From assembly GCA_964016885.1 (NCBI GenBank), contig OZ024744.1:7936001-8000000 (forward strand): a stretch of DNA of 64,000 bases, written 5' to 3'. Positions 26,543 to 37,800 of the stretch are shown here, piece by piece (the stretch's first letter is position 1; every line of letters begins with the position of its first letter). The position numbers and the translations under genes are program-made. This DNA comes from Eledone cirrhosa (lineage: Eukaryota). Under the pieces are notes generated by a model that was not told the origin of the DNA, did not search any database, and was given only the letters and a program-made list of their open reading frames with translations.

Positions 26543-27127
26543 TCTGAACTCTGACACCTGAACTCTGACAGCTGGCCATATTCACTGAACCAGAACATTT
26601 CTTCCAATCCCTTTTCCCTTGACCACTATCTCTCCATTGTCATAACATTCACTATAAAGACTACAGAATAGTTTTCCAAATAAGGGCGCAAAAATGTAAT
26701 GAAAACTTGTTCACGTGACAGCCAAATTTCATTTATAACTAACCAAAAAAAAGCCTTCGTGAGCCTCATTTTTTCAAGTAAAAAGAAATTCAAACACTCA
26801 TATATGAAAAAACAACCTGTGACAACCCCCCCCTCTCTTATTTGAAGAACTATTGTAACGCGAACTGGCGCGAAATTTATTATAATTATTGACAAACCAA
26901 TCAAATTACTTCTTGAAAAACCTGGTTTTCGAGCCACTTTTTCCATATAAAACAAGTAACATTTAGAGACCAACCAGATGTGAGAAAAACCACAGACCCT
27001 CCATCTCAACTCACCTTTTGAAAAGCAGAAGAACTGCGAAACCGGTAAAGGAACCAAATAAATATATATATTTTAAAAAAAAATAAGACTTCAGTTGCAT
27101 TTTCGATTTCATCCCTTTTTCTTTATA
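26543..27127. repeat. Inverted repeat B' (5'-inverted copy of the element's own 3' end)
   Basis: Reverse complement of 24187-24769, joined to the truncated RT through a CTGAACT stutter at 26537-26550. Confidence 0.97.
27014..27051 (+). ncRNA. Minimal hammerhead ribozyme motif (U3-A8 core variant) in B'
   Basis: CCTT(27014-17) TTGAAAA(18-24) GCAG-aagaa-CTGC(25-37) GAAA(38-41) CCGG TA AAGG(48-51). Predicted cleavage after GUA at 27047. Confidence 0.7.
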
Positions 27128-27261
27128 TATATATATATATATATATTTGTGTGTTGCACCATAGAACATGTGTGTTTACGTATGTCATTGTGTTTATATG
27201 TGGGTAGAGATATGTGCTGATGTAGGTATGTATGTTGACGTGTGTATGTTGTGGGTTCGTC

Positions 27262-27471
27262 TTAGGGAGAAGTGTTTAGACGGGATCCGTATTTGTTAAT
27301 AAAGTAAGATTCCTTGCTGATGCGCTGGGTGTGTGTGGCATTATCTTTAAATTTGTAGAGGGGAAAGATTCTGAAGTTGGGATGATTTTGGGCGGCACAG
27401 GTATCAATGTGTTCACACAGTGGCATTTTCCTGTATTCCCGTATTTTAATTTGGGATCTATGGACAGTCAT
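27262..27471 (-). pseudogene. C-terminal fragment of a Penelope-like GIY-YIG endonuclease
   Basis: MTVHRSQIKIREYRKMPLCEHIDTCA..PNFRIFPLYKF..QRISKESYFINKYGSRLN aligns by eye with MTVHRQQLRDPTTRQIPLSAYLDICA..PKFQVFPFY of the inner element. Confidence 0.88.
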
Positions 27472-27908
27472 CCCTGCTAACCATTATCACAACAACGAAC
27501 ACTTTACTACTACTACCACACACACACACATATTTGTTGTGAAAGAGTCATTTCTCAGTCTTGGCGCAAAATCAATTTTTTACATTCACATGACCTCTAC
27601 CGACCAATCAAAATTGTTTTGACCACAAGAATTTTTGCAACACGAATGGGCGCAAAAATCAATTTTAATAGCGCTGGAGCCACTTTTTTAACATAAAAAG
27701 AGGTAGAATTCCCAAAACTAATCAGATCAGAGCAAACAACACGGACGCTCTATCTCAAAATTATTTTTGAAAAGCATTTAGAAATGCGCAACCGGTAAAA
27801 CTTAAAACCAAAACTGAATACTAACCAATACAATTACTAATTCTCACTTATTCCTAATTAAACTATTTTTCACTGTGAACAATTTGTCTGCATTTTCTAT
27901 TCCGTTTA

Positions 27909-27917
<9 letters not shown>
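27469..27917. repeat. Inverted repeat A'
   Basis: Reverse complement of 23231-23677. Contains a degenerate hammerhead at 27764-27800 (TTGAAAA-GCATTtagaAATGC-GCAA-CCGG-TA). Confidence 0.95.
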
Positions 27918-27982
<65 letters not shown>

Positions 27983-28167
27983 ATATATATATAGTATATA
28001 TATATATATATAGTATATATATATATATATATATAGATATAGTATATATATATATATATATATATGTATATAGAGTATATATATATATAGTATATATATA
28101 TATAGTATATATATATATAGTATATATATACATATATATATATGTATATAGAGTATATATATATATA

Positions 28168-28203
<36 letters not shown>

Positions 28204-28843
28204 TATATATACATATATATATATGTATATAGAGTATATATATATATAATGTATATATATACATATATATATGTATGTATAATATATATATACATATATA
28301 TATGTATATATAGTATATATATATATATAGTATATATATATATAGTATATATATACATATATATATATATATATAGTATATATATACATATATATATATA
28401 TATAGTATATATATACATATATATATAGTATATATATACATATATATATATAGTATATATATACATATATATATATAATATATATATATGTATATATATA
28501 TAGTATATATATAGTATATATATATATATAGTATATATATATATATATATAGTATATAGATATGTAGTATATATATATAGTATATATATATATAGTATAT
28601 ATATGTATATATATATAGTATATATAGTATATATCTATAGTATATATATATATATAGTATATATATATAGTATATATATATAGTATATATAGATATAGTA
28701 TATATATATAGTATATATATATAGTATATATAGATATAGATATATATATATAGTATATATATATATATATATATATATAGTATATATATATATATATCTC
28801 TCTCTCTCTCTATATATATATATAGTATGTATATATATATATA

Positions 28844-28879
<36 letters not shown>

Positions 28880-29116
28880 CTCTATATATATATATATAGT
28901 ATATATATATATATATATATATATAGTATATATATAGTATATATAGTATATATACTATATATATATATATATATACTATATATATATATATATATATAGT
29001 ATATATATATAGTATATATATATATATAGTATATATATATATATATATATATAGTATATATATATATATATAGTATATATATATATATAGTATATATATA
29101 TATATATATATATATA
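27912..29116. repeat. ~1.2-kb (TA)n microsatellite punctuated by G and C
   Basis: Direct inspection: TA runs broken by TAG, CAT and short (TC)n. Confidence 0.97.
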
Positions 29117-29176
29117 AATGGAATAGAATGAAACGAAATTTCATTTCTCACTCTTAGTACGGCACTTACTTAAATG

Positions 29177-29227
29177 TAAGTATGTATGTATACGTACATA
29201 CATATATGTATACAGACGTACAGTAGC

Positions 29228-29280
<53 letters not shown>

Positions 29281-29464
29281 CAGGCCTACACACTGTACGG
29301 CGTAAATCAGGCTGTTCGTTTGTTTACGAACGAACAAAGCGAACATTATAATAAATGTTCGGTAAACTGATACGTGCATATATATATGTGTGCCTGTATG
29401 TATATATATATATACATGCTACTGTACGTCTGTATACATATATGTATGTACGTATACATACATA

Positions 29465-29468
<4 letters not shown>
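29177..29468. repeat. Foldback / MITE-like inverted repeat
   Basis: Arms 29177-29285 and 29392-29468 are reverse complements apart from the internal TA-run length. The ~105-bp centre contains two small hairpins. Confidence 0.8.
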
Positions 29469-29562
<94 letters not shown>

Positions 29563-29651
29563 ATTATATATATATATTATATATATATATTATATATATA
29601 TATTATATATATATATATATTTATATATATTTACGTATATAATATAGAAAG

Positions 29652-29743
29652 CTTCTACAGGACTAGAACTGTTACATTCGGTAGAAATCATCAGGAGGCC
29701 ATGATTATTTCTACCAAATGAAACAGTTCTAGTCGTGTAGAAG
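29652..29743. repeat. 92-bp hairpin (42-bp arms, 4 mismatches, 8-nt loop)
   Basis: CTTCTACAGGACTAGAACTGTTACATTCGGTAGAAATCATCA / TGATTATTTCTACCAAATGAAACAGTTCTAGTCGTGTAGAAG. Confidence 0.9.
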
Positions 29744-29939
29744 AATTTTTGTATACGAACAACGGTTGTCACTCTACCTATGTATTGAGGGCATCTCTTG
29801 CTCTCTCTCGGGATCTCTTGCTGTCTCTCTCTCTCTTTCTGTATATATATATATATGAAAACAGGGAGAAAGAGACGATTATGAGGAAGAAAAAAATATT
29901 TTTTTACTTTTTTGTTTCTCTCTTTTTTCTGTGTTAGAA

Positions 29940-31810
29940 AATAATTAAAACGAAATGTTTTACTTTGTGTGAAGTCTTAAGGTATTAGTTGATTTATTTA
30001 TTATTTAACAAAACCATTTGTTTATCTATTTATATATTTAATTATTGTCTATTACCGGTTTCAGTATTTATATGCATTATCAAATGATAGTGAAATGTAT
30101 TAGTGTGGTGTCGCATATGTTAAACAGAAGGTGCAGAAAGAATAATGTTATTTACAAACAAGGTTTAAGAATTGAAAAGAAAAAAGTAAAAGGAAAAAAA
30201 CGTGCATAATGTGGAACGTAAAAAATCAATGTGGAAGAAAAAAATAATGTTATTTACCAGCATAGTCATTGAAGTTAAGCAGTTGAAAATGTGTTAATAT
30301 CGCAAGAGTGCTTACTTGAACCATGGTTCCTTGAAGGAGGCAAATGGTGGACTGAGGTTTGATATGATTTCCCTTTTTAGAGAGTTAATATGCAGAGGGA
30401 AGCAATTCTTGCTGGGTGATATTAAATTTATTTAAGAAAAAGTATTAGGTAGGGTGTGAGGGGGGTAAATCTTGTAAATGTTTGATAGTTTGTTGCAGTT
30501 TTAGATTGGTCCGTATTTTAGAGCATTGAGTAGTGGTTGAAATTTATTAATGAAATGTGTTTCCTTATTGATACGTTGGATGAAAGTAGCGTTGTCTATG
30601 AATTTGTAAATGGGGAAAATGTTAAAGTTTGGATGTTCTTTGAGAGCACAATTGGCGATATGTTCACTAAATGCAATCTTTCTGTATTCCTGTATTTTAA
30701 TTTATGATTTATGGACGGTCATACGTCGACGGAGGATGTTTTTTGTCTGTCCTATGTAGTGCTCTTGACAACCTGAGCAGGTCAAAATATAGATAAGGTT
30801 TTAAGATGCACATGTAAAGTTGTGTTTAACTGTGAAACGTTGTCCTTGTTTAAAATGGAATGTTGAACCTTCTATTAGATTTATGCATATGCCACAGTTG
30901 GGCCTTCCGCATTTTGTTATTGTAGGGTTCATTGTGAGCGTTTGTTGGATTTTGGCTTGTGTGAGGATGTTTTTTATGGATTTGAGTTGTCTTTTGCTCT
31001 TTATGATGTTGTGTGTTTGGAGGATATTGTTCAATCTTGGGTCTCTTTTTAGTAAAGGAATGTTCTGGAGGTTGGTGTCGAATGCCTCATTGTTGAGGAG
31101 ATTGTGTGTGGAGATGTATGGTAGAGTTTTTTGTTGCGGTTCATTCCTGGGTTCAGGGTGTCTGAGTTCCTGGATGTCTAGTTTTAGGGCACGTTGGAAT
31201 CCATTGGTGAAAAGGGTTGGTGGGTAGTTTCTGCTGATAAGTGTGTTTTTTAATACTTCTAGTGGTGTGTAGCATGTGTATTTATCTGAAACTATTGTGC
31301 AGATCCTTCTGGCTAGATTATAAAGAATTGCCATTTTAGTATGTCGAGTGTGGCACAAGTTGAATGGAAGGTATTGTTTGGAGTCTGTGGGTTTGTAGTA
31401 TATGTCTGTTTCTATTTTGTTGCTTGTTTTATTGATGAGGATGTCGAGGAAATGGAGTTTTTCATGGCTGTAATCCATTGTGAATTGTAAGTTTGTGTTG
31501 AGCCCATTTGGAAGGGTTTTGAACCCAATCAGTCTATCTATACTTTCATGCCAGAAGATGAAGCAGTCGTCCAGATATCTATTACAGTTTTTTTCTATGT
31601 TGGTAGAAGTGGTTACCGTATTGGTCTAGAACTTTGCGGTAAAGAATGGCTTCCAAATATCCCATGACAAGGTTGGCGTATGAGGGGGCCACTTTCGGGG
31701 CAATGGCAGAATCAGATTTCTGTCTGTAGTATTTGGCATTGAATTCGAGGGACCCAAATTCATCTTGAAAAACAATTTCTTCGAATCCAATGCCAAATAA
31801 TACAGACAGA
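29940..31810 (-). mobile_element. Third Penelope-like element, degenerate and 5'-truncated, with a short 5' inversion
   Basis: Minus strand: EFNAKYYRQK..KVAPSYANLVMGYLE, RYLDDCFIFW, LHFLDILI, YYKPTDSKQYL, CGRPNCGICINL, NLIYILTCSGCQEHYIGQTK..RMTVH, with stops and frameshifts. Coding remnant spans ~30510-31748. A degenerate hammerhead lies in the tail at 30049-30090. The left boundary is approximate. Confidence 0.88.
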
Positions 31811-31816
31811 GCGTCT

Positions 31817-34800
31817 CACACCATACTAGGGTGGTGGATTGGTAGTATAGGTAGAGGGTGACACAATACTAGGGTGGTGGATTAGCAGTATAGGTAGAGG
31901 GTGTGACACCATGTTAGGGTGGTAGATTGGTAGTATAGGTAGAGGGTGTGACAGCCTACTAGGGTGGTGGATTGAGAGTATAGGTACAGGGGGTGACACC
32001 ATACTAGGGTGGTAGATAGGTAGTATAGGTAGAGGGTGTGACACCATACTAGGGTGGTGGATTGGTAGTATTGGTAGAGGGTGTGACACCATACTAGGGT
32101 GGTGGATTGGTAGTATTGGTAGAGGTTGTGACACCATGTTAGGGTGGTAGATTGGTATTATAGGTAGAGGGTGTGACACCATACTAGTGTGGTGGATTGG
32201 TAGTATTGGTAGAGGGTCTGACAACATGTTAGTGTGGTGGATTGGCAGTATAGGTAGAGGGTGTGACACCATGTTAGGGTGGTAGATTGGTATTATAGGT
32301 AGAGGGTGTGACACCATACTAGGGTGGTGGATTGGTAGTATTGGTAGAGGGTGTGACACAATACTAGGGTGGTGGATTGGCAGTATAGGTAGAGGGTGTG
32401 ACACCATGTTAGGGTGGTAGATTGGTATTATAGGTAGAGGGTGTGACACCATACTAGGGTGGTGGATTGGTAGTATTGGTAGAGGGTGTGACACCATGTT
32501 AGGGATTGGTAGTATTGGTAGAGGGTGTAACAGCCTACTAGGGTGGTAGATTGGTAGTATTGGTAGAGGGTGTGACACCATACTAGGGTGGTATATTGGT
32601 AGTATTGATAGAGTGTGTGACACCATACTAGGGTGGTGGATTCGTAGTATAGGTAGAGGGTGTGATACCATACTAGGGTGGTAGATTGGTATTATAGGTA
32701 GAGGGTGTGACAGCCTACTAGGGTGGTAGATTGACAGTATTGGTAGAGGGTGTAACACCATGTTAGGGTGGTAGATTGGTAGTATTGGTAGAGGGTGTGA
32801 TACCATACTAGGGTGGTGGATTGGTAGTATAGGTAGAGGGTGTGACAGCATACTAGGGTGGTGGATTGGTAGTATAGGTAGAGGGTGTGATACCATACTA
32901 TGGTGGTGGATTGGCAGTATAGGTAGAGGGTGTGACACCATACTAGGGTGGTGGATTGCTAGTATAGGCAGAGGGTGTGACACCATACTAGTATGGTGGA
33001 TTGGTAGTATAGGTAGAGGGTGTGACACCATACTAGTATGGTGGATTGGTAGTATAGGTAAAGGGTGTGACACCATACACGGGTGGTAGATTGGTAGTAT
33101 TGGTAGAGGGTGTGACACCATACTAGGGTGGTAGATTGGTAGTATTGGTAGAGGTTGTGACACCATACTAGGGTGGTGGATTGACAGTATTGGTAGAGGT
33201 TGTGACACGTTGTTACGGTGGTGGATTGGTAGTATTGGTAGAGGGTGTGACACCATACTAGGGTGGTGGATTGGTAGTATTGGTAGAGGGTGTGACACCA
33301 TACTAGGGTGGTGGATTGGTAGTATATGTAGAGGGTGTGACAGCCTACTAGGGTGGTGGATTGGTAGTATTGGTAGAGGGTGTGACACCATGTTAGGGTG
33401 GTGAATTGGTAGTATTGGTAGAGGGTGTAACAGCCTACTAGGGTGGTAGATTGGTAGTATTGGTAGAGGGTGTGACACCATACTAGGGTGGTATATTGGT
33501 AGTATTGATAGAGTGTGTGACACCATACTAGGGTGGTGGATTCGTAGTATAGGTAGAGGGTGTGACACCATGTTAGGGTGGTAGATTGGTAGTATAGATA
33601 GAGGGTGTGATACCATACTAGGGTGGTAGATTGGTATTATAGGTAGAGGGTGTGACAGCCTACTAGGGTGGTAGATTGACAGTATTGGTAGAGGGTGTAA
33701 CACCATGTTAGGGTGGTCTATTGGTAGTATAGGTAGAGGGTGTGACACCATACTAGGGTGGTGGATTGACAGTATTGGTAGAGGGTGTAACACCATGTTA
33801 GGGTGGTAGATTGGTAGTATTGGTAGAGGGTGTGATACCATACTAGGGTGGTGGATTGGTAGTATAGGTAGAGGGTGTTACAGCCTACTAGGGTGGTGGA
33901 TTGACAGTATTGGTAGAGGGTGTAACACCATGTTAGGGTGGTAGATTGGTAGTATTGGTAGAGGGTGTGATACCATACTAGGGTGGTGGATTGGTAGTAT
34001 AGGTAGAGGGTGTGACAGCATAATAGGGTGGTGGATTGGTAGTATAGGTAGAGGGTGTGATACCATAATATGGTGGTGGATTGGCAGTAGAGGTAGAGGG
34101 TGTGACACCATACTAGGGTGGTGGATTGCTAGTATAGGTAGAGGGTGTGACACCATACTAGTATGGTGGATTGGTAGTATAGGTAGAGGGTGTGACACCA
34201 TACTAGTATGGTGGATTGGTAGTATAGATAGAGGGTGTGACACCATACTAGGGTGGTAGATTGGTAGTATTGGTAGAGGGTGTGACACCATACTAGGGTG
34301 GTAGATTGGTAGTATTGGTAGAGGTTGTGACACCATACTAGGGTGGTGGATTGACAGTATTGGTAGAGGTTGTGACACGTTGTTAGGGTGGTGGATTGGT
34401 AGTATTGGTAGAGGGTGTGACACCATACTAGGGTGGTGGATTGGTAGTATTGGTAGAGGGTGTGACACCATACTAGGATGGTGGAGTGACAGTATAAGTA
34501 GAGGGTGTAACACCATACTAGGGTGGTAGATTGGTAGTATAGATAAAGGGTGTGCCACCATACTAGGGTGGTAGATTGGTAGTATAGGTAGAGGGTGTGA
34601 CACCATGGTAGGGTGGTAGATTGGTAGTATTAGTAGAGGGTGTGACACGATACTAGGGTGGTGGATTGGTAGTATTGGTAGAGGGTGTGACACCATACTA
34701 GTGTGGTGGATTGACAGTATAGGTAGAGGGTGTGACACCATACTAGGGTGGTGGATTGGTAGTATAGGTAGAGGGTGTGACACCATACTAGTGTGGTGGA

Positions 34801-37800
34801 TTGGTAGTATAGGTAGAGGGTGAGATACCATACTAGAGTGGAGGATTGGTAGTATTGGTAGAGGGGTGACACCATACTAGGGTGGTGGATTGGTAGTATA
34901 GGTAGAGGGTGTGACACCATACTAGGGTGGTGGAGTGGTAGTATAGGTAGAGGGGGTGACACAATACTAGGGTGGTAGATTGGTAGTATTGGTAGAGGGT
35001 GTGACACCATACTAGGGTGGTATATTGGTAGTATATGTAGAGGGTGTGACACCATACTAGGGTGGTGGATTGGTAGTATAGGTAGAGGGTGTGACACCAT
35101 ACTAGGGTGGTAGATTGGTAGTATAGGTAGAGGATGTGACACCATGGTAGGGTGGTAGATTGGTAGTATTAGTAGAGGGTGAGACACCATACTAGGGTGG
35201 TGGATTGGTAGTATTAGTAGAGGGTGTCACACCATACTAGGGAGGTGGATTGGTAGTATTGGTAGAGGGTGTGACACCATACTAGGGTGGTGTATTGGCA
35301 GTATAGTTAGAGGGTTTGACACCATACTAGGGTGGTAGATTGGTAGTATATGTAGAGGGTGTGACACCATACTAGGGTGGTGGATTGGTAGTATTGGTAG
35401 AGGGTGTGACACCATACTAGGGTGGTAGATAGGTAGTATAGGTAGAGGGTTTGACACCATACTAGGGTGGTAGATTGGTAGTATAGGTAGAGGGTGTGAC
35501 ACCATACTAGGGTGGTGGATTGGTAGTAGTGGTAGAGGGGGTGACACCATACTAGGGTGGTAGATAGGTAGTTTTGGTAGAGGCTGTGATACCATACTAG
35601 GGTGGTGGATTGGTAGTATTGTTAGAGGGTGTGACACCATACTAGGGTGGTAGATAGGTAGTATTGGTAGAGGGTGTGACACCATGTTAGGGTGGTAGAT
35701 TGGTAGTATAGGTAGAGGGTTTGACAGCATACTAGGGTGGTGGATTGGTAGTATAGGTAGAGGGTCTGACACCATATTAGGGTGGTGGATTGGTAGTATT
35801 GGTAGAGGGTGTGACACCATACTGGGGTGGTTGATTGGTAGTATAGGTAGAGGGTGTGACACCATACTAGTGTGGTGGATTGGTAGTATAGGTAGAGGGT
35901 GAGATACCATACTAGAGTGGAGGATTGGTAGTATTGGTAGAGGGGTGACACCATACTAGCGTGGTGGATTGGTAGTATAGGTAGAGGGTGTGACACCATA
36001 CTAGGGTGGTGGAGTGGTAGTATTGTTAGAGGGTGTGACACCATGGTAGGGTGGTAGATTGGTAGTATTGGTAGAGGGTGTGACACCATACTAGGGTGGT
36101 ATATTGGTAGTATAGGTAGAGGATGTGACACCATACTAGGGTGGTGAATTGGTAGTATAGGTAGAGGGTGTGACACCATACTAGGGTGGTAGATTGGTAG
36201 TATAGGTAGAGGATGTGACACCATGGTAGGGTGGTAGATTGGTAGTATTAGTAGAGGGTGAGACACCATACTAGGGTGGTGGATTGGTAGTATTAGTAGA
36301 GGGTGTCACACCATACTAGGGAGGTGGATTGGTAGGATTGGTAGAGGGTGTGACACCATACTAGGGTGGTGTATTGGCAGTATATGTAGAGGGTTTGACA
36401 CCATACTAGGGTGGTAGATTGGTAGTATAGGTAGAGGGTGTGACACCATACTAGGGTGGTGGATTGACAGTATAGGTAGAGGGTGTGACACCATACTAGG
36501 GTGGTAGATTGGTAGTATAGATAGAGGGTGTGAAACCATGTTAGAGTGGTGGATTGGTAAAATAGGTAGAGGGTGTGACACCATACTAGGGCGGCAGATT
36601 GGTAGTATTGGTAGAGGGTGTGACACCATACTAGGGTGGTAGATAGGTAGTATAGGTAGAGGGTTTGACACCATACTAAGGTGGTAGATTGGTAGTATAA
36701 GTAGAGGGTGTGACACCATACTAGGGTGGTGGATTGGTAGTAGTGGTAGAGGGTGTGACACCATGTTAGGGTGGTAGATTGGTAGTATTGGTAGAGGGTG
36801 TGACTCGATACTAGGGTGGTAGATTGGTAGTATTGGTAGAGGGTGTGACACCATACTAGGGTGGTGGATTAGCAGTATAGGTAGAGGGTGTGACACCATG
36901 TTAGGGTGGTAGAATGGTAGTATAGGTAGAGGGTGTGACATCATACTAGGGTGGTGGATTGGTAGTATAGGTAGAGGGTCTGACACCATGTTAGGGTGGT
37001 GGATTGCTAGTATTAGTAGAGGGTGTGACACCATGTAAGGGTGGTGGATTGGTAGTATTGGTAAAGGGTGTGACACCATACTAGGGTGGTGGATTGCTAG
37101 TATAGGTAGAGGGTGCTACACCATACCAGTATGGTGGATTGGCAGTATAGGGAGATGGTCTGACACCATAGTAGGGTTGTGGATTGCTAGTATAGGTAGA
37201 GGGTGTGACACCATACTAGGGTGGTGGATTGACAGTATAGGTAGAGGGTGTGACACTATACTAGGGTGGTGGATTGGTAGTATTGGTAGAGGGTCTGACA
37301 CCATACTATGGTGGTGGATTGGTAGTATAGGTAGAGGGTGTGACACCATACTAGGGTGGTAGATTGGTAGTATATGTAGAGGGTGTGAAACCATGTTAGA
37401 GTGGTGGATTGTTAGAATTGGTAGAGGGTGTGACACCATACCAGCGTGGTAGACTGGTAGTATTGGTAGAGGGTGTGACACTATACTAGGGTGGTAGATA
37501 GGTAGAATTGGTAGAGGGTGCTACACCATACCAGTATGGTGGATTGGCAGTATAGGGAGAGGGTGTGACACCATACTAGTATGGTGGATTGGCAGTATAA
37601 GTAGAGGGTGTGACATCATACTAGGTTGGTGGATTGTTAGTATAGGTAGAGGGTGTGACACCATACTAGGGTGGTGGATTGGTAGTATAGGTAGAGGGTT
37701 TGACACAATACTAGGGTGGTGGATTGGTAGTATTGGTGGAGGGTATGACACCATACTAGGGTGGTGGATTGGTAGTATCGGTAGAGGATGTGACACCATA

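Larger units (their letters stand above)
24126..27127 (-). mobile_element. Inner Penelope-like element, 5'-truncated, with inverted pseudo-LTR
   Basis: RT/GIY-YIG coding region at ~25330-26537, low-complexity 3' tail at 24780-25330, and ~585-bp inverted repeats at 24187-24769 and 26543-27127. Confidence 0.9.
23197..27917 (-). mobile_element. Outer Penelope-like element remnant (GIY-YIG C-terminus plus tail, inverted terminal repeat), interrupted by a second element
   Basis: ~445-bp inverted repeats at 23231-23677 and 27469-27917, endonuclease C-terminal fragment at 27262-27471, and (TA)n flanks on both sides. Confidence 0.72.

Noticed and set aside
24258-27057. Twin 142/143-aa ORFs, and the N-terminus MEEMFWFSEY.. 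of the 414-aa ORF
   Set aside because: They lie in the inverted pseudo-LTR, start at TTG and show no recognisable domain. Their duplication simply reflects the inverted repeat, and the fusion to the RT is a by-product of 5' truncation.
21485-29721. YI/VC-rich ORFs in the track
   Set aside because: They are translations of (TA)n/(TG)n microsatellites.
31817-31900. Idea that the 45-mer derives from Penelope RT motif A (DVTSLYTNIPH.YG), given its position upstream of the RT remnant
   Set aside because: The resemblance is weak, needs gaps and frameshifts, and is separated from the RT by an inversion. The ungapped 39/46 match to the SINE head is far better.
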